This document shows, piece after piece, positions 30,299-40,247 of a stretch of DNA of 64,000 nucleotides. The stretch covers positions 192,001-256,000 of the forward strand of contig CAWAWS010000026.1 in assembly GCA_963785725.1 (NCBI GenBank). The letters run 5' to 3'. The position numbers and the translations under genes are program-made. The notes under the pieces were generated by a model. That model ran no database searches. It worked only from the letters and a program-made list of their open reading frames with translations, and had not been told where the DNA came from. The DNA is from an uncultured delta proteobacterium (lineage in GTDB: Bacteria > Myxococcota_A > Polyangia > Palsa-1104). Positions within the stretch are counted from its first letter, which is position 1, and each line of letters begins with the position of its first letter.

Positions 30299-32022
30299 TT
30301 AGGGCTCGAGCGATCGGACGTGCGCACGCAGTCGCGAGACCCGCGCCAGCGCTGCATCGACGGCGGCGGCGCCTTCGGCGTGGCTGGCGCGTGCGAGATC
30401 GAGCGCACGCTCGGCCGAGTCAGACACCGCGCGCAGTCGGGACCGGATCTCCGCTTCCAGCGTGCGCCGACTCTCGAGCACCCGCTCGATGAGGTCGTTC
30501 TGCAGGCGCGCGCTGTTCGTTTCCAGCATGTGTTGGAGGTAGGCTGCGGCGTCCTTCTCGATCGCCGCGAGCGATCGGCGCCGCGGCCGCACGGCATCGG
30601 CGATGCGCGTCCACACCGACTCGGGGACGACGGTCAACAGCTCGTGAAGGAAGAAGCGGCTCTTCACTCGAAATCCTTCGCCCATGATCGTCGGCGACAG
30701 TCCGCGGATGGGGCTCGCCGACAGAAAGCGGTTCGCCAGATCGACGAAGCGTTGCATCGACTCGCGGTAGAGCGCTTCGGCCGCCGCCTCCTCGTCGTGG
30801 AGCCGTGGCTCGAGCGAGTCTTTGGAGAGCTGTTGCGCGAGCGCGATCGCTCGTTGACGCAAGGCCGCGCCGCGCTCCTCGGTCGCGGCCAGCGCGACCG
30901 CCAGCGCCCGGAGGGTCGCGGCTCGCGCTTCGGCCAAGAAGGTCGCGCGCCGCCGGTCGAAGGTCGCATTCAGCCGCTCCTGCTCGGCGGTCATGCGGTG
31001 GCCGAGCTCGGCAAGGGCCGTCTCGGCCTCGGCCACACAGCGCTTGAGCGCGACGATGCGCTGCTCCGAGTCGGCGACCGGACGCGACAGCGCGCCCTGT
31101 CGTTCGTCGAGCTCGTGCAAGAGCTGCTGCGCGAGCAGCGAAAGGCCGCGCTCCTGCGCGAGGCGGACAGATCGGCTCCCGCGTGCGCGGCGAGCGTGCA
31201 CAGCGCCGCGTGCAGCTGTCGCCAGTCGTAGGTCTCGAGCCCGCGCAAGCGCTCCGTCGCGCTCACCTCGAACACCGGCGCCGCGCGACCGAGACGTTGG
31301 CCGACGATGCGCTGCGTGAACGCGATCGCCTGCCGGCGCGCGACCTCGCTCATGCGATCGGCCTTGTTGAGCACGAAGAGCAGCTGGCGAACGTGCTCGG
31401 CGACGGCGACGACCAAGTCCAGCTCGTCGCCGGAGATCGGCGGGTCGGCGCCCACGACAATCAGCGCCACGTCGATGTGGTGCAAAAAGCCGCGAGTCAC
31501 CGCCGTATTCCCTGCGAAGACCGACCCGATCCCCGGCGTGTCGACGAGGCACAGGCCCGACGCCAAGAGCGGGCTCGGCGTCGACAGCTCGACGAGGGCG
31601 ACGCCTTTGACGTTCTCGGGATTGGCGCTCTCGCAGACGAACTGTTCGATGTCGTCGGGATCGATGTCCTGCCATTGCCCGCTGACGAATCGGACGCGGG
31701 CGTGCGCGGCGCCTTCGCGAACGAGGGTGACCGCCGACGTCACGGGAATGACGCCGACGGGCAGGCGCTCGCGTCCGATGAGCGCGTTGATGAGCGTCGA
31801 TTTGCCGCGTTTGAATTGGCCGATGCAGGCGACGTAGAACAGTCCCTCGGCCGTGCGCTGCGCCAGCGCCTCGGCGTCGCGCGCGAGATCGGCCCGTCCG
31901 AGCTCCTGCGCGAGCGCCGCGGCGGACCGAATCGAGCTTTCGGCGCTGCGCGCGTTCACCTCGTCTCCTTCGTCAGTTGGGGCGGGCGCGAAGCCCGCGG
32001 TGTCCAATGTCGTAGGAGTCAT
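30299..32022 (-). pseudogene. Bacterial dynamin-like GTPase split by one frameshift near 31168 (pseudogene or sequencing error)
   Basis: GQFKRGKSTLINAL, PVT, DTPG and NKAD in the 5' frame; the helical stalk (RLAQERGL..NSARLQNDLIERV) continues in a second frame. Confidence 0.82.
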
Positions 32023-32179
32023 TGGCCGTGCCCGATGGCACAGCGGTTCGGGCGAGCTCCACCGCCTCCATGGCGCGATGGTAGGGTTCCGCCGGCCGCT
32101 CGCAACCGATCTCACGTCGCTGTCGAGGGGAGGACGACGGGCGAGCTTCTCATGGCGAGGACAGGCTGGGTTCAGCGGC

Positions 32180-32762
32180 GGCGGGTCAGCGTGTTCTCCA
32201 GTCATCTCCCACTTGCGTCGCCGTAGTCGGACGACCAATCCAGTGCGCTTGTCCGGGCGAGCGGGTCCACACGAAGCGAACCTTGACCGGACGACCGTCG
32301 TCGTCATCGGTGCGTAGAACTCGCCGCAATCGCCGACGAAGCGCTGCACGGGGTCGGTCAGGCAACACCCGCTCTTGCCGAGATGCAGTAGATCGACAGC
32401 GCTGCTTCTTCACGTCGAAGGTGCGCGGGGCGAGTCCCGTGTAAGGCCATCGTTCTTGCCGGTGACGCGTTGGGGTAGCTGACCTCGTCGACGTTGACCA
32501 GGCCGCGAGAAACTGAGTGTGCGCATGACCAACGGGAACTCGACCACTCCTGACTGCGACGCCCGGTGCATGAGGCGCGGTTCGCATGTCCACTCCCCGT
32601 TCAGGAAGTCGAAGTCATGGAGGTCGAAGCGCTGGGCGCCGAAGTCGTGCGCGCAAACGCGGGCGCTCGCATGCACGGGCCGGCTTGGTCAATAGCCGGA
32701 GTGGATGCGCAAGCGGTGAGCACGCAGCCGGCCAGCCACACGGGGATGAAGAGCCTGTTCAT
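32180..32762 (-). pseudogene. Multiply frameshifted DUF1579-like lipoprotein
   Basis: Fragments across frames: MNRLF..LTAC, HDFDFLNGEW, RTFDVKKQR, FVGDCGEFY, DGRPVKVRFVWTR. 3' end approximate. Confidence 0.62.
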
Positions 32763-33098
32763 TCTGTCGTTCTCCTCTGGTGTTGAACAGCGCGCCGGAG
32801 CGCTGGTCTGGGCGAAAATCGCGCTCTCATCTGCCTCGAACACTGGAGCAAGGCAAGGTCCAGGAATCGCGTGCGGCGCATTCGGCGGGCACGTTGCGTT
32901 GCGATGACAGCGGCGCACGTGATTCGCATCATCGTCGCGCGCCACCGTTCGACTACGTTGACGCTCGGAGGTTGATGCGTGCGACTCAGCGAAGCTGCAT
33001 TTCGATCGGTACCGTGCTGTTCCTCGCGGGTTGTGGCCCCGGCGACCCATCCGTCCGTTACAGCGGCACAGTCGAGCTTCGAAGGGAATGCGGCGACG

Positions 33099-34517
33099 CT
33101 AGCGCTGGGCGGCCCGCGGCTCGTCGATGCGCTGCACCGCCGGCGGCGACCACTCGTGGCTCAGCGCCGTCGGCTTCGGCATGTAGAGGCGTAGCATCAG
33201 ATTGAAGGTGCCGGCCGGCGCCGGCAGCCAATTGGCGCGCAGCGCGGCGTCCGTCGGCGGTTGGCGCTGCACGTAGAGGTCGAACGAGCCGTCGCCGTTG
33301 TAGCGCAGCGGATCGCGATCGCGCACGGCATAACGACGGGCGGGATTGTCGCTCAGATAGCCGTCGTCATCGTAGAGCGTCAGCGACCAGAAGGCGGCCA
33401 CCGGCGGCGCCTGGCCGCGCTCGAAGTGCAGGACATAGCGGTGCGAGCCGTCGAGCGGCCGACCGCGACCGTCGACGTGGGTGTTGGGATAGATCGCATC
33501 GGCCGCCAGGTTCGCGCCGAGGCCGGCCAGCGCCACGGTCGCGCGCTCGTCGTAGTTGCTGGCGAACGCGCCGACGTCGTCGGGAATCGTCCGCCAGCCG
33601 CCTTTCGCCTCGCCCAAACGCAGCGAGAGCGCGGTCAGCCGCTGACGGGCGCGGCTCGACACACCGTCGAGCGCGCGCGCCACCTCGGGTGACGGATCGA
33701 ACGGCTGGCCCGGACGCAGCCCCAGCTTGGCGAAGCGCGCCAACGCCTCTTGATCGATAGCCGACGGCGGGTTGTCGCGCATCAGCCGCGCCAGCGTGCG
33801 GAAGTAGGTCACCGGGTCGAGCTGCGCCACCGCGACCGGCGGCTTCTCTCCCTTGGCTTCGAGATCGAAGGCCTCGGCGGGCGGCAAGGCGTCGTTGCGC
33901 GCGAACGCCGTCAGCGGCTGCAGCGTGTACTGCAGCTCGACGGTGCGCGCGGCGTCCAGATCGCCGGCGCCTTTGACCTCGGTGCGGCCGATGATCCAGA
34001 TCAGGTCCGTGGGCGCGTCGACGCGATCGAGGCCGGGCGGTAGCGTGCCGTGCCAACGCGGCCCGACCAGCGCGATGTCACGGTCGGCGCCGTTGAGCGT
34101 GCGCGTGCCCGGCGCGGCGATGACGTTGGTCCAGCCGTCCAGGACCTGCAGCAGATAGAAGCGCCCGGTCACTTTGGGCACGTGCATGACGATGGGCTCG
34201 CCCGACAGATCGACCCAGGCCGTGGCGTAGAGCGTGTCGAGGTTGGGGCGCACGACCCAGCGCTCGCTCGGATTAGGGAGCGAGCGCGCGTAGAAGAAGC
34301 GGTTGACCGGCGCGCCCCGCGGTCCCGGCGTCGTCACCGCCGTCATCGACTTGCGGGTCGCGTCCATGAGCACCAGCGGGTAGCCGTAGATATAGGCGTC
34401 GTCGACCAGCGCCTGCAGCTCGCTCGGCGACGACAGCTGATCGTCGCCGGCATGCGCGGGCGCGACGGCGCCGAGCAGCAGCAGCGCCGCGAGCCACGTC
34501 AGTCTCCGATAGCGCAT
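33099..34517 (-). CDS. DUF1254/DUF1214 exported protein
   Basis: AYIYGYPLV, VVRPNLDTLY, GP.W.G.LP, PPVAAFWSLTLY, NWLPAP, LRLY.P. Confidence 0.92.
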   Translation of the reverse strand: MRYRRLTWLAALLLLGAVAPAHAGDDQLSSPSELQALVDDAYIYGYPLVLMDATRKSMTAVTTPGPRGAPVNRFFYARSLPNPSERWVVRPNLDTLYATAWVDLSGEPIVMHVPKVTGRFYLLQVLDGWTNVIAAPGTRTLNGADRDIALVGPRWHGTLPPGLDRVDAPTDLIWIIGRTEVKGAGDLDAARTVELQYTLQPLTAFARNDALPPAEAFDLEAKGEKPPVAVAQLDPVTYFRTLARLMRDNPPSAIDQEALARFAKLGLRPGQPFDPSPEVARALDGVSSRARQRLTALSLRLGEAKGGWRTIPDDVGAFASNYDERATVALAGLGANLAADAIYPNTHVDGRGRPLDGSHRYVLHFERGQAPPVAAFWSLTLYDDDGYLSDNPARRYAVRDRDPLRYNGDGSFDLYVQRQPPTDAALRANWLPAPAGTFNLMLRLYMPKPTALSHEWSPPAVQRIDEPRAAQR

Positions 34518-34933
34518 GGCGGGCCTCCTCGGATGAGTGCCCGTCGATAGTGCAAGTCGAGGGCCGCGTGGCGTGGCGAGTCACGAGGGCGCGCGCGGTC
34601 GCTGCGGCAGTGGGCGCACGCTGAGCGGCCCGAGCGAACGACGGTGATGGCGCTCGTCGCAGCTCATCGTGTCAGCCTGCGCAGCGGAAGCGAAACCCAA
34701 GAGCAGCAAGCCGATCAGGTCGCCGCCTCGATTGCGGTCGCGGTCGCGGTGCCTAGGGCAAGAGCGGCCGCGCCGTAGCCGGCGCTGGCGCCGAGGAGTG
34801 AGCATGCGAACCGCGGGTCAGCCGTGAAGCTCGTCCCGATCGTCATCGCCACGATGTTCGGGCTGACGCCGGTTCGCGACGACAAGCAGCTCGCCCGGGG
34901 CGACGTCGGCTTTCGCTGCGCCGGAGGCGACTG

Positions 34934-35923
34934 ATGCGGCGCGCGTGGCCGCTGCTCGGCTGCCTCTTGGCGTGTTGGGCTGCAGCGGCGCAGGCCGAGC
35001 CGCTGGCATCCTGGCGCGACGGCGAATGCAAACGCGCTCTCCTCCGCTTCGTCACGGACGCGACGACCCAAGGCGGGCCGCGCTGGATCGCGCCCGACGA
35101 TCGCGTCGCCGTGTTCGACAACGACGGAACCTTGTGGTCCGAGCAGCCGCTCTATTTTCAGGCGCTGTTCGCGCTCGATCGGCTGCGCGAGCTCGGGCCC
35201 AAGCATCCCGAGTGGCGCCGCGATCCGCTCCTCAAAGCGGCCCTCGACGGCGACGAGAAGACGCTGGCGGCCGGTGGCCACGCGGGGATGCTCGCGATCC
35301 TGGCGGCGACGCACGCGGGCATGACGAGCGACGAATTCGACGTCATCGTCGCGCGCTGGCTGGCCACGGCCAAGCATCCGCGCTTCGGACGTCCGTATAC
35401 CGAGCTGGTCTTCGTGCCCATGCTCGAGCTCCTGGCCTATCTGCGCGCCAATGGGTTTCATACGTTCATCGTGTCGGGCGGTGGCGCCGACTTCATGCGC
35501 GCCTTTGCCCAGCGCGTCTACGGCATCCCGCCCTGGCAAGTGGTCGGTAGCCGTCTGGAGCTGAAGGACGAGCGGCGCGGCCAAGAGCCGGTGCTGGTGC
35601 GGCTGCCGAAGGTCGACTTCATCGACGACGGTCCGGCCAAGCCAATCGGGATCGAGACGCAGATCGGCGTGCGTCCCGTCTTCGCCGCCGGAAACTCCGA
35701 CGGCGACCTCGAGATGCTCGAGTGGACGACGGCCAAAGGCGGCGCGCGGCTGGGCCTGCTCGTGCATCACACCGACGCCAGCCGCGAATGGGCCTACGAT
35801 CGCGACTCGAAGGTCGGCAAGCTCGAGCGTGCGCTGGAGGAGGCGCCGCGGCGCGGCTGGCTCGTCGTCGACATGAAGCGCGACTGGAAGCGCGTCTACG
35901 CCTTCGACCCCGGGTCGCCGTAG
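34934..35923 (+). CDS. Exported HAD-superfamily hydrolase (nonspecific acid phosphatase-like)
   Basis: LASW.DG, FDNDGTLWSEQP, IVSGGG, GNSDGD, HHTD..RE.AYD. Confidence 0.92.
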   Translation: MRRAWPLLGCLLACWAAAAQAEPLASWRDGECKRALLRFVTDATTQGGPRWIAPDDRVAVFDNDGTLWSEQPLYFQALFALDRLRELGPKHPEWRRDPLLKAALDGDEKTLAAGGHAGMLAILAATHAGMTSDEFDVIVARWLATAKHPRFGRPYTELVFVPMLELLAYLRANGFHTFIVSGGGADFMRAFAQRVYGIPPWQVVGSRLELKDERRGQEPVLVRLPKVDFIDDGPAKPIGIETQIGVRPVFAAGNSDGDLEMLEWTTAKGGARLGLLVHHTDASREWAYDRDSKVGKLERALEEAPRRGWLVVDMKRDWKRVYAFDPGSP

Positions 35924-36152
35924 CGGCCGCTGCGCCATCGCGATTCGCGGCCTGCGGCCGGCAGCCTTGGCAAACAATCGCTGCTTGACCTGATGGCCGC
36001 GCCATCTGACCTGCTTAACAGCACTCCATGCGGGTCATTTTGATGACGATCATTCTCGGCGCCCGACTATCGTCATGCTGATCTCCGACGACTCGGGCTC
36101 GGGCGATCGGCACGAGAGCGGCATCGACGTCCCGCTGCCCAACTGAGATCGC

Positions 36153-36923
36153 ATGGACTGGTTGAGCGCGATGCCCTTCTCGCTGGTCGCATCGATCGCG
36201 ATCGTCTCGTCCCTGGGCGCGCTCGAAGCCGGGCGGCGGCTCGGCGTCCTCGAGCCGCCCGACGAGCGACAGGTCGCGACCATCTCGGGCTACATCCTGG
36301 CGCTCGTCAGCTTGCTGCTCGCGTTCTCCTTCTCGATGGCCAGCGATCGCTATGCGCAGCGCTGGGCCACCGCCGTCCAGGAGACCAACACCATCGGCAC
36401 GTTTTGGCTGCGCACGTCGCTCGAGCCCGAGCCGACGCGCTCCGCGCTGCAGGCCCGCCTCCGCCGTTATGTCGACCTGCACGTCGAGCATCGGCTGGTG
36501 CGCGCCGACGAGCCGCGGCTGGCGCAGATCGAGTCCGAGGCCGCGCAGCTGCAGCGGGAGATGTGGGCGCTGGTCATCGACGACACGCGTCGCAACCCGG
36601 AAGCGGCCCGCCAGCGGCTGGTGATTCCGGCGCTGAACGACATGATCGACGCCATGACGAACGTGCAGGCCGCCAAGGAGAACCGCCTGCCCAGCGGCGT
36701 CCTGCTCTACCTGTTCGTGCTCGTGGTCATCGCGGGCCTGGTCGTGGGCTATCGCGGGCCGGGCGAGCGGCGCAGCCTGGTTCTGTGGCTGACCTATACC
36801 TTGGCCGTCACTAGCGTGCTCATCATGCTGGTCGACATGAATCGTCCGCGCCGAGGCATCCTGCAGACGGACTTGCGGCCCTATCAGCACTTACGCGACA
36901 GCCTGCGCCAGGCTCCGCCCTAG
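36153..36923 (+). CDS. Membrane protein, DUF4239-like
   Basis: LLLAFSFSMA..RY..R, E.N.IGT..LR, ALNDMID, D..RPRRG. Confidence 0.8.
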   Translation: MDWLSAMPFSLVASIAIVSSLGALEAGRRLGVLEPPDERQVATISGYILALVSLLLAFSFSMASDRYAQRWATAVQETNTIGTFWLRTSLEPEPTRSALQARLRRYVDLHVEHRLVRADEPRLAQIESEAAQLQREMWALVIDDTRRNPEAARQRLVIPALNDMIDAMTNVQAAKENRLPSGVLLYLFVLVVIAGLVVGYRGPGERRSLVLWLTYTLAVTSVLIMLVDMNRPRRGILQTDLRPYQHLRDSLRQAPP

Positions 36924-36928
36924 CTCGG

Positions 36929-37714
36929 TCACCATTTGACGTACTCGACGAAGAACACGACGCGCACGTTTCCTTGGCCCCGACCGACGACGATCGCGTT
37001 CGGCCGCACCTCCAGCACGAGGTGCTTGCTGACGGCGTGACCGGCGGCGAGATTGACCGCGACCGTGGTCTCGTGCGCGCGCCAATCGAAGCGGATGGCC
37101 TCTTCGGTCTTGGCATAGAACGAGCGCGGCAGCTTCCAGGTCACGCCGGGCTCGACGAATAGCGCGCGCTCCTGCTCGCTCGCCGTCGCTGCGGCGACAG
37201 ACAGAAAGGACCGCAACAAGAGCGACAGCTCGACGTGCGGGATTCGCGTGACCAAGACGCCCGCCGCCGGTCCCAGCTGCAGCTGGCGGCTGCCGAGCGC
37301 CGCGTCGGTGCTGGTCGGCAGCGCGCCGCTCAAGCCGACGCCGAAGATTCCCCAGCCGCGCTGCGGGCCCGTCAGATCGAAGAATTCGAGGTTGCGCAGG
37401 CCGACGACGCGGGCCGCCGGCGATTGCAAGCTCTGCACGATGACGTCGACGCGCACGAGCGCGTAGATCCGGCCGACGCGCAGCCCCGGAATGAGCAGAC
37501 CGCGATAGGCGATGCGCAGGCGAAGGCGCAGGTCGATGGTGCTGCCGCCGTCGTGAATGTCGGTATACGCGAGGCCGACGCGAAAGAGGTTGCTGATGTC
37601 GAGCGGACGGCTGGCCGCCGCGACGGCGCCTTCGTCGGCCGACGATGGCCACGCGGCGATGAGGCCGACGAGCGCGGCCAATGCGCGGACGGCTGCTGCA
37701 GGCGCGCGCTTCAC
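36929..37714 (-). CDS. Hypothetical exported beta-strand-rich (possible outer-membrane) protein
   Basis: Signal peptide; LPT.TD..LG...QLGPA motif; aromatic C-terminus YVKW. Confidence 0.6.
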   Translation of the reverse strand: MKRAPAAAVRALAALVGLIAAWPSSADEGAVAAASRPLDISNLFRVGLAYTDIHDGGSTIDLRLRLRIAYRGLLIPGLRVGRIYALVRVDVIVQSLQSPAARVVGLRNLEFFDLTGPQRGWGIFGVGLSGALPTSTDAALGSRQLQLGPAAGVLVTRIPHVELSLLLRSFLSVAAATASEQERALFVEPGVTWKLPRSFYAKTEEAIRFDWRAHETTVAVNLAAGHAVSKHLVLEVRPNAIVVGRGQGNVRVVFFVEYVKW

Positions 37715-37789
37715 GGCAACGGCTCACATCCGATCATCCGCGAGCTGACCGCGCGCGACGCGTGCTCGCGGCCACAGCGCGCGCCGCCG

Positions 37790-38227
37790 CTAAGCTACGC
37801 GCGGATCATCTTGGGCGTCCCGGTATTCGACGCCGAGCGGCCCGATTCCCGTAACCTGCGTGACGTACTCGCCGGACTTGGCCCAGTGGAAGTGATACGT
37901 GTCGCCGGGCAGCACGATGACGCTGCCGGGCGAATAGGCGCGCATCTCGTTGCCGTCGAAGCGATCGCCGAGCCCGATATAAAAGACACCCGACATGACC
38001 GTGTAAATTCGATCCTCGGGGTGGCGATGCGGCATCAGCTTGGCGCCGCCCGGCGCTTTGACTCTGATGACGTAAGGTCCGGGCTTGGTCGGGTCGCCGA
38101 CGACGACGGCCAGCCGCACCGACGGTGGAAACGCCGCGAACGGCTGCCAATCGATGTCCTCCGGCAGGATCGATCGGAAGACGTCTTGCCCGCGCAGGTG
38201 ATCTCGCTGTGTCTGCTGTTGGCTCAC
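37790..38227 (-). CDS. Cupin domain protein
   Basis: GDP.KPGPYVIRVK, PHRHPEDRIYTV.SG.FYIG, HFHWA. Start inferred at GTG 38227. Confidence 0.88.
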   Translation of the reverse strand: MSQQQTQRDHLRGQDVFRSILPEDIDWQPFAAFPPSVRLAVVVGDPTKPGPYVIRVKAPGGAKLMPHRHPEDRIYTVMSGVFYIGLGDRFDGNEMRAYSPGSVIVLPGDTYHFHWAKSGEYVTQVTGIGPLGVEYRDAQDDPRVA

Positions 38228-38294
38228 GAGATCTCGTATGAGCCTCACGATCGCGTTGGCAAGTGGCAGCTGCGCCGACGCGCCGCCGGCCCGG

Positions 38295-40061
38295 CTACGA
38301 GATCGGGATGGTGCAGGTGCCGCCGATGCACTGTAGCGGCGCGCAGCACTGCGAGCTGTTGGTGCAGGCGCCGCAGCTGCCGTTGACGCACGCTTGGTTG
38401 TTGCAGTCGGTGCAAGTCGAGCAGCCGGCGGGCGGCAGCGGCGGGCAGGGCTGACCGGCATTGAGGATCTGCGTGTCGTAGTGGATCTTCACCGTCTGCG
38501 ACGCCTTGAAGTCGCCGGCGAAGATCGATCCGTAGACCTCGATGGGCGCCGACCACGTGACCAGCGCCGTCGGGTCGTAGAGGTTGGTCGCCAGCCGCAC
38601 GTTGCTCGACACCACCAGCTCCGAGGTCCCGCCGACGTAGGTGTGACTGAGCGCCGGATAATTGGGCGAGCCGATGGCCAGCGCCTGCGACACCTTGATC
38701 GTGCCGGAGACGAGCAGGTCGAGCGTGGCCGTCGGATCGAGCGTGATGGTCAGCGGGCTCGAGGTGACGATGTCGCCGTCGACGAACAGCGCCGTGTTCC
38801 CGTGCGCCACGATGGTGACCGCGATCGGGCTGTTGATCCCCGTCAGGTAATACTCGCCGCACGGCAGATCCAAGCGCTGCGGCGGGCTGCCGCTGACGAG
38901 CAGCCCGGGATCGAGCCCTATGGACGCGTTGTCGTTGGCCGTCTTGCGGGCCGCGACCGCGGCGGCGACCGGCAAGAGCGCGTTCGCCGCGCAGTTGCAC
39001 GGCGGCGGCACCGTGACCGCCGTCGTCGACACGATGCTCCCTGCCGTGACGCCCGACGAGTGCGTGGCGCCGGGCGACTGATAGAGCGTCTTGCCGATGG
39101 ACATGGGCCCGGTCTCGTTGCCGGCGATATAGGCGTCGTCGTCGACGGTGCACATGTCGACGGTGACGCCGGCGCCGACGTGCAGCTCCTGGCGCACGGT
39201 CATCGGCGAGCTGCCCACGAGGCCCTTGTTAGCCGACGTCCACAACGTGCCGCCGACGTCGACCGTCTGCGACGAGGTCCAGTCGCCGTCGAGGCCGACG
39301 CTGCCGCCGACGCCGCCCGGTTTGTACGGTCCTTGGAGGCTGCTGTACGCGTCGGTGAGGAACTGCTGCGACGCATTGACGCCGGCGCACGAGCACAGCG
39401 CCCACGTGAAGGTCGTCTGCGCGGTGTTGCCCGAGCACTGCGTGGCGCCGCCACCCGTCGGAAGCGAGATCGGCGGGCCGCCGCCGACGCATTTGGCCGG
39501 CGCCGGCCCGAGCGTCGCGGACGTCTTGCAGGCGCCGGCGACGCAGCCCTGGCCCGTCGGGCAGACGTTGCCGCAGGTGCCGCAGTTCTGATTGTCGCTC
39601 TGCAGATCGACGCAGGCGTTGTTGCAGCTGTCGAGCCCCGACATGCACGACGTGGCGCACTGCCCGCCCGAGCAAGCCGTGGCGCCGGTGCAGACGGTGG
39701 TGCAGTTGCCGCAATGCAGGGGATCGGTCGAGACGGGAATACACTGCCCGTTGCAGAACGCTTGATAGGCCGGACAGCTGCAGGTGCCGTTGATACAGAG
39801 CTGTCCGACGGCGCATGCCGGCGAACAGCCGCCGAGGCCACCGCCACCGCCGACGCCGCCACCACCGCCGCCGACGCCACCGCCGCCGCCGACGCCACCA
39901 CCGCCACCACCACCGCTGCCGAGATCAGCTGCGCCGCCGAGATCGCCTGCGCTGCCGACTGCGCCGATCATGTCGACGGAGCCGCCCGACGACGGCGGGC
40001 CGGAGCGAGCACAGGCGGGCACGAAAACAGTCACCGCGAAGACGACCGATAATGCGCGCAT
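38295..40061 (-). CDS. Cys-rich surface lipoprotein with myxobacterial Cys-rich (Stig1/MXAN_6577-like) repeats and a beta-helix-like core
   Basis: Lipobox-like VPA-C; Gly linker; DPLHCGNC and DNQNCGTCGNVC repeats; Cys-rich C-terminus. Confidence 0.8.
   Translation of the reverse strand: MRALSVVFAVTVFVPACARSGPPSSGGSVDMIGAVGSAGDLGGAADLGSGGGGGGGVGGGGGVGGGGGGVGGGGGLGGCSPACAVGQLCINGTCSCPAYQAFCNGQCIPVSTDPLHCGNCTTVCTGATACSGGQCATSCMSGLDSCNNACVDLQSDNQNCGTCGNVCPTGQGCVAGACKTSATLGPAPAKCVGGGPPISLPTGGGATQCSGNTAQTTFTWALCSCAGVNASQQFLTDAYSSLQGPYKPGGVGGSVGLDGDWTSSQTVDVGGTLWTSANKGLVGSSPMTVRQELHVGAGVTVDMCTVDDDAYIAGNETGPMSIGKTLYQSPGATHSSGVTAGSIVSTTAVTVPPPCNCAANALLPVAAAVAARKTANDNASIGLDPGLLVSGSPPQRLDLPCGEYYLTGINSPIAVTIVAHGNTALFVDGDIVTSSPLTITLDPTATLDLLVSGTIKVSQALAIGSPNYPALSHTYVGGTSELVVSSNVRLATNLYDPTALVTWSAPIEVYGSIFAGDFKASQTVKIHYDTQILNAGQPCPPLPPAGCSTCTDCNNQACVNGSCGACTNSSQCCAPLQCIGGTCTIPIS
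39836..39915. repeat. Poly-Gly coding microsatellite (GGGGGV)n
   Basis: Tandem CCG/CCA triplets within the Cys-rich protein gene. Confidence 0.7.
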
Positions 40062-40247
40062 GCCTCACCGTACAGCTGTTTCCGCGCGACAGTTATCGTA
40101 CAAGTTTGATGAGAACGCTGCGTTTCACGCGCGGAATACCTCGCGGTCGATCACGCGCGGGCGTGGCTCCGGCTTAATGCAGCGCGTTGGGCGGGTCGTC
40201 GAGCGTTGGGTCTACGGTGCGTGCCGTAGCGGACTTCCCCGCTCTCG

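Noticed and set aside
5324..38450. KOPS-like GGGCAGGG octamers at 5324, 22584 and 38443 as support for dif
   Set aside because: The first two point toward the site but the third points away. Too few were counted by eye to be evidence either way.
39836..39915. Tandem repeats here and at about 61741-61806 as a possible CRISPR or array
   Set aside because: Both are in-frame Gly-rich linkers with no unique spacers and no cas genes.
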